A stretch of DNA of 64,000 bases, from assembly GCA_965204575.1 (NCBI GenBank), contig OZ241993.1, forward strand, positions 1,440,001-1,504,000, written 5' to 3'. The position numbers and the translations under genes were made by a program. Origin of the DNA: an uncultured candidatus Porisulfidus sp. (GTDB lineage Bacteria; Pseudomonadota; Gammaproteobacteria; Poriferisulfidales; Poriferisulfidaceae). The notes under the pieces were generated by a model, which was not told where the DNA came from, ran no database searches, and was given only the letters and a program-made list of their open reading frames with translations. The first letter of the stretch is position 1. The number at the start of each line of letters is the position of its first letter. Positions 22,246 through 32,700 of the stretch are shown piece by piece.

Positions 22246-23784
22246 ATGGACAAGTTGATCATTTTCGACACCACACTCCGGGACGGTGAGCAGAGCCCCG
22301 GGGCTTCCATGACAAGGGACGAGAAGTTGAATATCGCCCGTGCCTTGGGAAAAATGCGTATTGATGTCATTGAAGCGGGGTTCCCGATTGCCAGCCCGGA
22401 CGAATTCGAATCCGTTAAGCAGATCGGAAAAGCGGTCACCAGCAGTACGGTCTGCGGGCTGGCGCGTGCCTTGGACAAGGACATCGACCGGGCGGGGGAA
22501 GCACTGAGGACGGCCGCACGCCCTCGCATTCATACATTCATCGCGACCTCTCCAATTCATATGGAGCAAAAGCTCCATATGCAACCGGAACAGGTGATCG
22601 AGCATGCCGTGGCGGCGGTAAAACGGGCTCGAAAATATACCGACGATGTGGAATTCTCTCCGGAGGATGCCGGGCGTTCGGAACGGGATTTCCTGTGCCG
22701 AATCGTCGAGGCGGTAATAGCGGCAGGGGCCGGGACTATCAATATTCCAGACACGGTGGGATACAGCCTGCCATTCCAGTTTGGCGAATTGGTGGGAGAA
22801 TTGATCGAACGCATCCCGAATTCGGATCAGGCCGTGTTTTCGGTTCACTGCCACAACGACCTGGGCTTGGCTGTTGCCAACTCTCTGTTGGCTGTGCGTC
22901 ACGGCGCCCGCCAGGTCGAATGCACGATCAACGGTTTGGGAGAGCGGGCAGGGAATGCCTCACTTGAAGAGATCGTCATGGCCGTGCGTACGCGCCAAGA
23001 CGTGTTTGATTGCGATACTGAGATCGACACGACCCAGATCGTGCCGACTTCACGCCTTGTTTCCAGTGTGACGGGTTTTCCAGTACAACCGAATAAAGCA
23101 ATCGTGGGAGCCAATGCATTTGCGCATGAATCCGGTATTCACCAGGACGGCGTGCTCAAATACCGGGAAACCTATGAAATCATGCGTGCTCAGGATGTGG
23201 GTTGGTCCGACAATCGAATCGTCTTGGGGAAACATTCCGGACGGCGCGCCATCATGGATCGTATCCAGAAGCTCGGCATCCTGATCGAGGGTGACGAGAT
23301 GGATTCCTTCTTCGCCCGTTTCAAGGAATTGGCAGACCGCAAGCATGAAATCTATGACGATGATCTGCGGAGATTGGCGCTGGTGGACACCGACTCATCG
23401 GATCAAGGGGTTTATCAACTGGTTGACCTTGAAGTCACTTCGAAAGTCGGAACAACGCCTGTGGCGCGTGTCACCTTGGCACGGGACAGTGAGCAATTCG
23501 AGGGGGAGGCCTCCGGGGGAGGACCTGTCGACGCATCCTTCAGAGCGATTGAGGATATCGTCAATTCAGAGTCCGAGTTGCAGCTGTATTCGGTCAATAA
23601 CATCACGACCGGGACGGATGCCCAGGGCGAGGTGACCGTGCGCCTGAGAAAAAATGGCGTGGTGGTCAATGGACAAGGCGCGCACACGGATATTGTCATT
23701 GCTTCTGCACATGCGTACCTGAATGCACTTGGGAAGCTGATCCGGGAACCTGGCCGAATGCATCCGCAGCTGGATCACATATAA
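22246..23784 (+). CDS. leuA: 2-isopropylmalate synthase
   Basis: [36 protein letters not shown]-terminal regulatory domain. Confidence 0.97.
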   Translation: MDKLIIFDTTLRDGEQSPGASMTRDEKLNIARALGKMRIDVIEAGFPIASPDEFESVKQIGKAVTSSTVCGLARALDKDIDRAGEALRTAARPRIHTFIATSPIHMEQKLHMQPEQVIEHAVAAVKRARKYTDDVEFSPEDAGRSERDFLCRIVEAVIAAGAGTINIPDTVGYSLPFQFGELVGELIERIPNSDQAVFSVHCHNDLGLAVANSLLAVRHGARQVECTINGLGERAGNASLEEIVMAVRTRQDVFDCDTEIDTTQIVPTSRLVSSVTGFPVQPNKAIVGANAFAHESGIHQDGVLKYRETYEIMRAQDVGWSDNRIVLGKHSGRRAIMDRIQKLGILIEGDEMDSFFARFKELADRKHEIYDDDLRRLALVDTDSSDQGVYQLVDLEVTSKVGTTPVARVTLARDSEQFEGEASGGGPVDASFRAIEDIVNSESELQLYSVNNITTGTDAQGEVTVRLRKNGVVVNGQGAHTDIVIASAHAYLNALGKLIREPGRMHPQLDHI

Positions 23785-23814
23785 GGTGAGAGCCTGATCT
23801 CCGACAGCAAAATC

Positions 23815-24615
23815 ATGCCGAGTGACCCACACCTCGAAGAGTTAGGCCTGAGCCGATGGAGCCATCGAGATCAGAATGCAGCAGATGGAGCAGCGAAAGA
23901 ATCGCAGGGAGACGATGAATTGACGGCACTTGAGGCCGCTGAAGAGATAGAAGAGGAGAAGTCCACCACGACCCTGACGCTCGACGCCAATGCACAGCAT
24001 CTTCGCAAATGGCGTGTGGTGCGCAAGGAGGTTTCGGGGTGTGTGCTGTGTGAATTGCACCGGACCCGGAAGAATACGGTCTTCGGCGTGGGGAATGAAA
24101 ACGCAGACCTGATGTTAATTGGTGAGGCTCCCGGAGCAGATGAAGATGCCCAGGGAGAACCATTCGTTGGTCGAGCCGGGAAACTACTGGACAGCATGCT
24201 GGAAGCAATCGGATTGAGCCGGGATCGGGTGTTCATTGCGAATATCCTGAAATGTCGTCCGCCGAACAATGAAAACCCGACACCGGAGCAGGCGGAGACA
24301 TGCCGACCCTACCTGGATCGCCAAATTGAGCTGATTCAGCCAAAAGTCATATTGGCGCTGGGTGCCGTGGCAGCACATAATCTCCTAGAAGTAGAGACGC
24401 CCATCGGTCGGATGCGTGGTACCGTGTTCGAAATGTCAAAATCGGGAATCCCCGTTATTCCCACCTACCACCCGGCCTACCTGCTCCGCCGGCCACAGGG
24501 AAAAGCTCAGTCGCTGGAAGATCTTCTTCTGCTATGCAAGACGCTCGAAGAGTTGGGCGTAAAAACTAATTCTTTCGGATCAGGAACCGCGGCGGACCGA
24601 GAGGCGGCATCTTAA
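23815..24615 (+). CDS. Uracil-DNA glycosylase family 4
   Basis: CxxC Fe-S ligands, [30 protein letters not shown]. Confidence 0.92.
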   Translation: MPSDPHLEELGLSRWSHRDQNAADGAAKESQGDDELTALEAAEEIEEEKSTTTLTLDANAQHLRKWRVVRKEVSGCVLCELHRTRKNTVFGVGNENADLMLIGEAPGADEDAQGEPFVGRAGKLLDSMLEAIGLSRDRVFIANILKCRPPNNENPTPEQAETCRPYLDRQIELIQPKVILALGAVAAHNLLEVETPIGRMRGTVFEMSKSGIPVIPTYHPAYLLRRPQGKAQSLEDLLLLCKTLEELGVKTNSFGSGTAADREAAS

Positions 24616-24652
24616 AACCTATCGCCGCCGGTTGACAGCCGGAAAGGATCCG

Positions 24653-27469
24653 CTACACGGAATTCCCGATTTCCACATCTTTGCGGCACACTCCCTGTGC
24701 GTAACAATAAGCACAGGTCGCTTCGTCGCCATGAGCCGGCATTTCATGGCTTGCACGCAAATCCTGGAACATTTCACGTAACCGGCCGTGCACTTTTTGG
24801 CTGAGCGCTTCCAGAGATTCTCCTTCCACGGACGTCAGAGGTTTCCCTTTCTTTGGATCTTGGTTCAACCACCAGTACTCTGCTCGTTCGATGGGTTCTG
24901 CCATCAGCGCGTAGCTGGTCAGTTGAACCTGCTCGCCACTTTGCACTTCATCTTCGGAAACCTTTCTAGAGCCCGTCTTATAGTCGATCACGATGCGATT
25001 CTCGTCCTTGTCCTTATCCATTCGGTCAATGCGGCCGCAAAGCATTAGGCTGTCATCAACCCTATTCTCCATCTTTTCTTCGATTTCAATAATAACCTGA
25101 TGGTTTTCAATAGATTTCTGAAGATTGATGTAGTGACGAACAATGGATCTCCAGCGCTCCAGGAAAACGACGTTCGAAAGGCTGGGGGTCAGTCGCTCCA
25201 TGAAATGTGTGCCGATTTCCTGCAACAGTTCGAACGCAGCGGCCTCATGTCCGCTGATCGAGCCTCGCCAGGGTCCCGGGGTGCCGGGAATACCGGAATG
25301 AAAAGCTTCCAGGCACCGGTGGACATAGCGGCCAAACTCCATGTTGTCCATTTCCTCGCGGATCATGTCGGTTTCCCGTATGCGGAGCATGTCGCGGACA
25401 TAGAAGCTGTACGGACAATCGACCAAGGCTTGATGCCCACTGGCCGAGATATTTTTTGGCAGCAGGTCTGGGCTGGCGGGAGGATGCGGCATGATTTCGG
25501 AAGCAGTTTCGCGAATCTGAAGCCCGAGAGGCCGTACCCAGGCATCTGGATGCAGGCTGAGCATAGGCAAGGACAGGTCTTTGAGTGAGTCCTTGTATGC
25601 CAGGCGCTTGTATGCCAGGCGATGGAACACGTCGATCTGGGTCCACCAGATGCTTGGCAGGAGCGGCTCATCCTGATCAGTTTTCTGGTAAGCCAGGAGA
25701 ACCAGTTCGGCGGACAGAATCAGGGACAGGAATCGCTGTAAATCCAGTTTCTTGAGTTCGGTGCGGGTGGGCAGCCCCAGATCGCCACGAACCGAGTCAT
25801 TGAATACGAGGAAAGAGGAATCCGTGCCCGGATAGTGACGGGAGTCCATGCCGGCGACGATCAGGCGATCAAATTGGGCGAGATGGGCATGGTTGAGGTT
25901 AATCAGGGAAACCAAATCTTGGGAGGACCTGTGCCGGAAGTTCTGTTGTTCCAGCGTCCAGCGCAAAAGGGCATCCCATTGGGATTTCGGTAGCCGGACT
26001 TCGTTCTGCGATAACTGAAAACACATGCGGTCCAGTTCCGATAAAACCTGTTTCCCGACTTCGTCGCTCGCCAGACAAGGCCGGCAGCCCAGAAGGTCTA
26101 GGCTTTCCAGCAGGGCTTCCATATACTCTCCGCCGGTAGATTCGCGCAGCGCCTGTAAGGGGCGGGCGGCTTGCTCGACTTGATCCAGCATGTCCAGCCA
26201 GTCGGGCTCTCCATCCGCGATCCGGCGGTAGTTTTCCAAGTCATTGTGAATATTGCTGCGATGCAGAAGTTGTTCGAAATCCCCGATTTGTTCTGGCTCG
26301 CCGGAGGTTCCCTTCAGGCGCACGAACGGAGACTTGAGAATGTCCAGAAGCGCCAGGTAGTGAAAATCCTCGTTCAGACATTCGAGCCATCGCGCGACCA
26401 TGCTGGCTGCGCTCGTGGTGGAAAGCGCCCAACCGGCGTAGTCCCGGATCTGAATGCCGGCACGCTCCAACAGGGCGCGAACCCGGCGTGCCAGCTTCCG
26501 GTCCTCTGTGACCAAACCAATATTCCGGTGCCCTTCCTTGAGCCAGCGCCGGATCTGGATATCGATTCCACGAGCGTGGGGCTCCGCCTGCTCTGCGACG
26601 AACGTGGAAAGTCTGCCCTTTAGCGGATCTTGCGGGCAATCCAGCAGACAGGCTTGCGCGCGTTCGACCATGGTGGATTTTTCCTGCGCGAAAGCCTTTT
26701 GAAGAACGGTAGCATAGGGAGAGGGCGGGTTGCTGGCAGCAGGCGCTTCCGCATCCAGGGCAATGAGGGACTGCGATCGGGTGAAGATGGAGACGGGAAT
26801 TTCCTGGTCCAATTGCTTGAGCGCCTCGATTTCTGCTGCCGCAAGCCGGTCATGGCCGCAGACATAGATGGCTTCCGTTTCCAGAGGGGGAGCCAGATGT
26901 CGCAAAGCCTCGCGGTAGTATTTCCCCGAACTGAGGAAATTCCCTGAACCTTTGCTCCAGGCGGTCCACAGCAGATGAATGATGCGAGCTTCGTTGCCCA
27001 ATTGCTCAGGAGGTTCGTCGGCAATACGGTAGGAATCCTGAAGTCGTGAAGTCAACTCTTCCTGATCTGATGGCAGTGAAACCTCGTTGAGCCAAAGCTG
27101 ATCGAACAATTCCATCATCTCGCGGGCAAGCGACCAGGAGTTCGCTTGCTCTAGCGACCGCAAGGTCTCGCTTTTTTGCAGGACGGCCACGAGGTCCAGC
27201 AGTTCGGATAGATGGTTCTCCGTGCCATTGAAGCGGCTGTGCTGCCGTGCCCATGCCTGGAAAGTCAGGATAGGAGGCAGCAGTAAGCCATGGTGGTTAG
27301 GTTCGGCGCCGTTGAGCAACGCCGACCGTAAGGCTCGGCCCGATGTGACATTCGGCACCAGGATCGCAAGGCGAGTCAGGTCCGGCAGGGCTGCCGCATG
27401 GTGTTCCAGGATGGCTTGGGCGCAATAGCCCCCAAGCGGCATATGCAAAGGGCAGGCGATTCGCCTCAT
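24653..27469 (-). CDS. AddB-like double-strand break repair protein (PD-(D/E)XK nuclease)
   Basis: DRKLARRVRALL, C-terminal CPY...GRIDR...IDYKTG...CAYC...C nuclease with Fe-S ligands. Confidence 0.8.
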   Translation of the reverse strand: MRRIACPLHMPLGGYCAQAILEHHAAALPDLTRLAILVPNVTSGRALRSALLNGAEPNHHGLLLPPILTFQAWARQHSRFNGTENHLSELLDLVAVLQKSETLRSLEQANSWSLAREMMELFDQLWLNEVSLPSDQEELTSRLQDSYRIADEPPEQLGNEARIIHLLWTAWSKGSGNFLSSGKYYREALRHLAPPLETEAIYVCGHDRLAAAEIEALKQLDQEIPVSIFTRSQSLIALDAEAPAASNPPSPYATVLQKAFAQEKSTMVERAQACLLDCPQDPLKGRLSTFVAEQAEPHARGIDIQIRRWLKEGHRNIGLVTEDRKLARRVRALLERAGIQIRDYAGWALSTTSAASMVARWLECLNEDFHYLALLDILKSPFVRLKGTSGEPEQIGDFEQLLHRSNIHNDLENYRRIADGEPDWLDMLDQVEQAARPLQALRESTGGEYMEALLESLDLLGCRPCLASDEVGKQVLSELDRMCFQLSQNEVRLPKSQWDALLRWTLEQQNFRHRSSQDLVSLINLNHAHLAQFDRLIVAGMDSRHYPGTDSSFLVFNDSVRGDLGLPTRTELKKLDLQRFLSLILSAELVLLAYQKTDQDEPLLPSIWWTQIDVFHRLAYKRLAYKDSLKDLSLPMLSLHPDAWVRPLGLQIRETASEIMPHPPASPDLLPKNISASGHQALVDCPYSFYVRDMLRIRETDMIREEMDNMEFGRYVHRCLEAFHSGIPGTPGPWRGSISGHEAAAFELLQEIGTHFMERLTPSLSNVVFLERWRSIVRHYINLQKSIENHQVIIEIEEKMENRVDDSLMLCGRIDRMDKDKDENRIVIDYKTGSRKVSEDEVQSGEQVQLTSYALMAEPIERAEYWWLNQDPKKGKPLTSVEGESLEALSQKVHGRLREMFQDLRASHEMPAHGDEATCAYCYAQGVCRKDVEIGNSV

Positions 27470-27793
27470 TCAGAGTTCGAGCAACGCTCTTTTTCCGGGC
27501 TTGCCACGCCACTCGTCCGCATCAGGTGGAGGAGGTTTCTGGCGGCTGATTTCCGGCCATTCGCTGGCCAGGTCGGCATTAATCTGGAGGAACTCTTGCT
27601 GATCCTCGGGAATGTCTTTTTCTGGCACGATGGCATCAATCGGGCATTCCGGCACGCATAGGGCGCAGTCGATGCACTCTTCGGGGTCGATTACCAGGAA
27701 ATTCGGGCCTTCGTGGAAACATTCGACCGGGCAGACTTCCACGCAATCGGTGTATTTACATTTAATGCAGTCTTCAAGAACGACGAACGTCAT
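27470..27793 (-). CDS. fdxA: 7Fe ferredoxin
   Basis: [30 protein letters not shown]. Confidence 0.95.
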   Translation of the reverse strand: MTFVVLEDCIKCKYTDCVEVCPVECFHEGPNFLVIDPEECIDCALCVPECPIDAIVPEKDIPEDQQEFLQINADLASEWPEISRQKPPPPDADEWRGKPGKRALLEL

Positions 27794-27876
27794 GGGTCGA
27801 CCGAGGCTATACAGGGAGATCAGCGTGGCGCACAGTATATCGAATTACCGAGCGCAACCTTGCAAAGAATCTGGAG

Positions 27877-28234
27877 TGGTGGAGGTGGCGGGAATCGAAC
27901 CCGCGTCCGGCAGTTCCTCCTCTTCGGCCCTACATGCTTAGCACCGTCTTTTGTCTCGCGATCAACACCCGACGGACAGGGCCCGATGATCACCAGCCTG
28001 CATGTTGACTTTAACCTTTCGGCTCCAGACAGACCGAACGGCGATCTTGTGTAGTCGACATCCATATCGGGGTCCACAAGCATCTCCCGAAAGGATGACT
28101 AGCCGGGATTAAGCGGCTAGTGCGTAGTTGTCGTCGTTGGCAACTAATTTTTTCGCAACCGTTTTTTACGAGGTCGTTGCCGCCTCGGCATGCGCCTTGG
28201 ATTTAGTAACCGCCGTCGAAGCCAGGTCACCCCC
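27877..28234 (-). ncRNA. ssrA: tmRNA
   Basis: 5' GGGGGTG pairs with 3' CACCTCC-ACCA (G3-U); T-arm GGTTCGATTCC; tag reading frame ANDDNYALAA* at 28141-28109. Confidence 0.96.
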
Positions 28235-28313
28235 AAGTCATCTGGAACCATTATACGAGATAATAGGGGGGCTTCGAGGTTTTGTGTGGAAAGTCGTGAT
28301 AGAGTACACGATC

Positions 28314-29720
28314 ATGCACCGAGCCTCCCGCTACCGTCTGTATCCGAACCAGGCGCAGGAGCGGCAGTTCACGCGGCTGTGCGGAGCCGGGCGGTTCGTC
28401 TACAACGAACTGCTGGCCAACCAGATCCGGGAATACAAGCGTTTCGAGGCCGGCGAGAGGGAAAGACCGGGGGTTTCGCAGTTTGATTTTGGCCCTCGGT
28501 TCACGCGGCTGAGAACGAAGGAAGGCCACGAGTGGTTGCGGGAACTGTCGTTTCCCATTGCCCGCAGTTCGGGCGCGTTTCCCCTAGCATCTGCGTTCGC
28601 GCATTTCTCCCGGCGGATTCGGGAAGGCAAGTGCGGCAAACAGGCCGGATTCCCCCGTTTTAAGGTCAAGGGCGTCAGCCGGGAGTCATTTACGATCCCG
28701 TACAACGTGAAGGTGAAGAAAAAGCGGCTTTGGGTGCCGAAGGTCGGCTGGATTCGGATGAACCGCAAGGCGCAATCGCGCACGCGGGGGGCGGACCCCT
28801 GGGACGGCGGCGAGGCCAAGGTTGCGGTGGTGTACCGGGAACTGGACAAGTGGTACGTGTCGGTGCTGTGGGAGGTGGAAGATCCGGACTGGCGCTGGCA
28901 CGGTGGGGTCTGCGGGATTGACCGCAACTCGGAGAACATCGCGGGAGCCTGGAGCGGCGGGCGGAGGCTGATCGAGATTCCGTACAAGCGGATCGGGAAG
29001 TACGAGGCGCGGGCGCGGCACTACCAGTGGCGGGCGAGCCGCCGGGAACGAATCGAACTGAAGGACTCTGACGGGGAGCCGGTGCGCACGAAGTCTGGGC
29101 GGGTGGTCAAGATAGCCTCGAACCGGCGCCGACGGTTGCAGTTGCGCGCGGCGAAGGCGAAGCGCAAGGCGGCGGAAATCCGCAGGGACTTCAGCCATCA
29201 GGCCTCGGCGGACCTGGCTCGGAACTTCCAGCACATCGTGCTGGAGGACCTGGACGTGCAGGCGATGCGGCGCTCGGCGCGGGGGACGAGGGAGAAGCCC
29301 GGAAAAAACGTCAAGGCGAAGTCCGCGCTGAACCGGAAGATGGCGCAGTCCTCCTGCATGGGGATGGTGGACCGTTTCCTTCAGTACAAGGCAGCGGACC
29401 TGATCCGGGTGCCGGCGCGGAACACCAGCCGGGCGTGCGCGGAATGCGGGCACGTGGAGGCGGACAACCGGAAGGAGCAGGCGCACTTCAAGTGCCAAGC
29501 CTGCGGACACACGGACAATGCGGACATCAACGCCACACGAAACATCCTGGACCTGGGATTGAACAGGCTCCTGGCCGGAGGCGCTCCGGTGACGGGACGG
29601 GGAGGGGACAACGAAGCGGGGGCATTCTTCTATGAGTGTCTAGTGGACACCGCCGATGATCCGTCAACGATGCAGTGGAACTACCGGGGCTCGCCCCCTG
29701 ATTTCCACACAAATTCGTGA
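28314..29720 (+). CDS. tnpB: RNA-guided endonuclease TnpB family protein (copy 2)
   Basis: Same motifs as copy 1; about 37 aa differences over 468 by manual count; start at MHRASRY. Confidence 0.95.
   Translation: MHRASRYRLYPNQAQERQFTRLCGAGRFVYNELLANQIREYKRFEAGERERPGVSQFDFGPRFTRLRTKEGHEWLRELSFPIARSSGAFPLASAFAHFSRRIREGKCGKQAGFPRFKVKGVSRESFTIPYNVKVKKKRLWVPKVGWIRMNRKAQSRTRGADPWDGGEAKVAVVYRELDKWYVSVLWEVEDPDWRWHGGVCGIDRNSENIAGAWSGGRRLIEIPYKRIGKYEARARHYQWRASRRERIELKDSDGEPVRTKSGRVVKIASNRRRRLQLRAAKAKRKAAEIRRDFSHQASADLARNFQHIVLEDLDVQAMRRSARGTREKPGKNVKAKSALNRKMAQSSCMGMVDRFLQYKAADLIRVPARNTSRACAECGHVEADNRKEQAHFKCQACGHTDNADINATRNILDLGLNRLLAGGAPVTGRGGDNEAGAFFYECLVDTADDPSTMQWNYRGSPPDFHTNS
29571..29687 (+). 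ncRNA. Putative omegaRNA (scaffold 29571-29667 plus guide), copy 2
   Basis: Homologous to 14516-14612; stem changes become G-U pairs; ends TCAA followed by the same guide. Confidence 0.7.
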
Positions 29721-29786
29721 AGCGCCATAATAGGCATGGAGTTCGCCTGCCTATCCGTACGAACCGATCCTCCGGCCGTCATTTTC

Positions 29787-32700
29787 ATGCCTGTATGCTC
29801 TTACCCCGGCGGCAAGGCGCTGACCGATCATTCCCGGCACAGGCTCAATGTCCGCCTCCAGGCACATGGCCACGGGCAGGTTTCCAGTGCACGTTTCCTG
29901 CATTTTGTGGACTGTGAGCGGGCTCTCGACCCAACTGAGGAGGGAATCCTCGCAGGGCTCCTGGACTACGCGCCGGCCGTAGACGAGCCGACCTCAGGTC
30001 CCTCAGTCCTTGTTGTCCCGCGGCTTGGCACGATCTCGCCATGGTCTAGTAAGGCCACTGAAATTGTCCGGAATTGCGGACTGACCGCTGTTCTAAGAGT
30101 GGAGAGAGGGGTGGAATACCGCCTGCAAGGCGTGGATCATGCCTCACCGGAACAAGTTGCCTTGCTGCATGATCGGATGACCGAATCGATCTTGGCTCAC
30201 CGAGAACAGTGCGAGAAGCTTTTTGAGCATCCGGAGCCAGCCCCGCTTGAGCGGATCTCCCTAGGCTCTCAGCCCGCCGAAGCACTGCACGAGGCCAACC
30301 AAGCCTATGGTCTGGCCCTTTCCGAGGCAGATATCGAATATCTGACCCAGGCTTATAACCAGCTTGGGCGGGATCCCACGGATGCCGAATTGATGATGTT
30401 CGCCCAAGTTAATTCTGAACATTGCCGACACAAGATTTTCAATGCACGCTGGACGATTGATGGGAAACCGATGCCGAAGAGCCTGTTCGAAATGATCCAG
30501 CATACGCATGCCGTGTCGCCGGACGGGACTCTGTCGGCCTACCGCGACAATGCCGCAGTACTTGACCTAGGCCGTAGCCGCCGTTCTGCAGTTGATCCGA
30601 AGACTCGCGCATGGGAGGCCATCGACGATGACTACGGAATGGTCATCAAAGTGGAGACGCACAACCACCCGACGGGCATTTCTCCATTCCCAGGTGCTGC
30701 GACGGGCAGCGGGGGAGAGATTCGCGATGAAACCGCCTGCGGCCGGGGAGGGCGCCCGAAGGCGGGCCTATGCGGGTTCACGGTATCGAACCTCAATCTC
30801 GACACATGGCCGCGGCCTTGGGAGGATTTGTCCCGGGAGCATCCGCCCCGCATGGCCCAACCGCTGGACATCATGATCGAAGGCCCAATCGGAGCAGCCT
30901 CCTTCAACAACGAGTTTGGCCGGCCATGCTTGGCTGGGTACTTTCGTACCTTGGAAGGTGAAGCACCTGCACCTGCGGGGCGCAAGGTATTCGGCTACCA
31001 CAAACCAATCATGATCGCGGGAGGCGTTGGCAGCATCCGCAAGGATCATGTGCAGAAACAGCCGATTCCCGAAGGGGCTTTGATCGTGGTTCTGGGAGGT
31101 CCGGCGATGTTGATTGGTTTGGGGGGTGGGGCCGCATCATCGCAGCATACGGGAGCAGGAGACGAAGAACTGGATTACGCTTCGGTACAGCGCAGCAATC
31201 CTGAAATGCAGCGTCGCGCCCAAGAAGTCATTGAGCAGTGCACGGCATGGGGAACAGACAATCCGATTCTGGCTTTGCACGATGTGGGTGCAGGCGGGCT
31301 CTCCAATGCCATTCCGGAACTGATTGACGGAGAACTGGGTGGCGCAGAGTTGGATTTGCGCGAGATCCCATGTGCAGACAGCGGGATGTCGCCACGGGAA
31401 ATTTGGTGCAATGAGTCGCAGGAGCGCTATGTGCTCACGATCCGGGCCGAAGCGATCGAGAACTTTTCCGAACTGTGCCGTAGGGAACGATGCCCATTCT
31501 CGATAGTTGGCCAAGCTGCTGCTGACGGCCAATTGCGCTTGAAAGACCCGCATTTCGGAGAAACTGCAGCAGACGTGCCCTTGACGCTCTTGTTCGGGGA
31601 ATCCTCCAAGATGGATATAGCCGTGCCTTCGGTGGATTGCCCGGATGTGCCGCTGGACCTGAAGGACATTGAGCTCTCGGAGGCGATAGAGCGTGTACTG
31701 ACATTGCCTTGCGTGGGCTCCAAGTCTTTCCTGATTACGATTGGAGATCGCTCGGTAGGAGGCTTGACGGTTCGGGATCAGATGGTCGGGCCCTGGCAGG
31801 TTCCGGTTGCGGATGCGGCAGTGACGGCCTGTGATTTCGAGGGAGTCAAGGGAGAAGCCATGGCAATGGGGGAGAGGCCGACCTTGGCCGTCCATCGCCC
31901 AGCGGCTTCCGCGCGCATGGCGGTGGCAGAAGCCCTCACTAATCTAGCCAGCGTGAAGGTGCTAGACCGAGCCCGGATCCGCCTGTCTGCGAATTGGATG
32001 GCTGCGGGTTCCGAAGCAGAAGCACTTTACGGACTGTATGAAGCGGTCGAGGCGGTTGGCATGGACCTGTGCCCCAAACTCGGCATCGCAATCCCGGTCG
32101 GCAAGGATTCCTTGTCCATGCAGGCAACTTGGGAAGGCAAGCAAGTGACTTCTCCGGTCTCGCTGGTTGTTTCGGCGTTTGCCTCAGTGGAGGACGTACG
32201 CCGACATGCCACGCCGCAATTGCAAGATATGGCCGATTCGTGCTTGTTGCTGGTGTCCTTGAGCTCTAAACGACGTCTCGGAGGCTCGGCATTGGCACAA
32301 GTGTACGGTCAGACCGGCTCGGAGACTCCGGACGTCGACAATCCATCGCTTCTGGCTGCTTTTTTCGATCAGATACAGGCGTTGCTGGACGAAGATGCGA
32401 TTCTGGCCTACCACGATCGCTCAGACGGGGGGCTGCTGGCTTGCCTTTGTGAATGCGCCTTTGCTGGCCGCATGGGATTGGAAATAGATTTTCCAGTCGA
32501 AACGGGCGAAGTGTTGGATTACCTGTTTAACGAGGAGATTGGCGCAGTATTGCAGGTTCGGGGCGCACAAATGCAAGAAATCATGGACCGACTCAGGGAA
32601 GCCGGGCTCACTTGCGGGCCGATCGGAGCCCCGGATACCGAGCCAATGCTTCGATTGCGATGCCAGGGTGAGGAAATCGGGACTTGGGCATTACCCGAAC

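Larger units (their letters stand above)
28268..29726 (+). mobile_element. Non-autonomous TIR-bounded element carrying only tnpB (copy 2, 1459 bp)
   Basis: 24-bp imperfect inverted repeats at 28268-28291 and 29703-29726; perfect 8-bp direct repeat ATAATAGG at 28260-28267 and 29727-29734. Confidence 0.88.

Noticed and set aside
27794-27900. Prophage or island integrated at the tmRNA 3' end
   Set aside because: No integrase or duplicated 3' fragment; fdxA follows directly. The tnpB element is on the promoter side.
28128-28313. 62-aa N-terminal extension of the second TnpB in the ORF track
   Set aside because: It overlaps tmRNA antisense and lies partly outside the element; copy 1 shows the real start is ATG 28314.
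29793-29807. Partial match (11/15) of the orphan guide near the purL start, and a 9-nt match in purB near 51173
   Set aside because: Mismatch at the first guide positions and short length; expected by chance in 64 kb.
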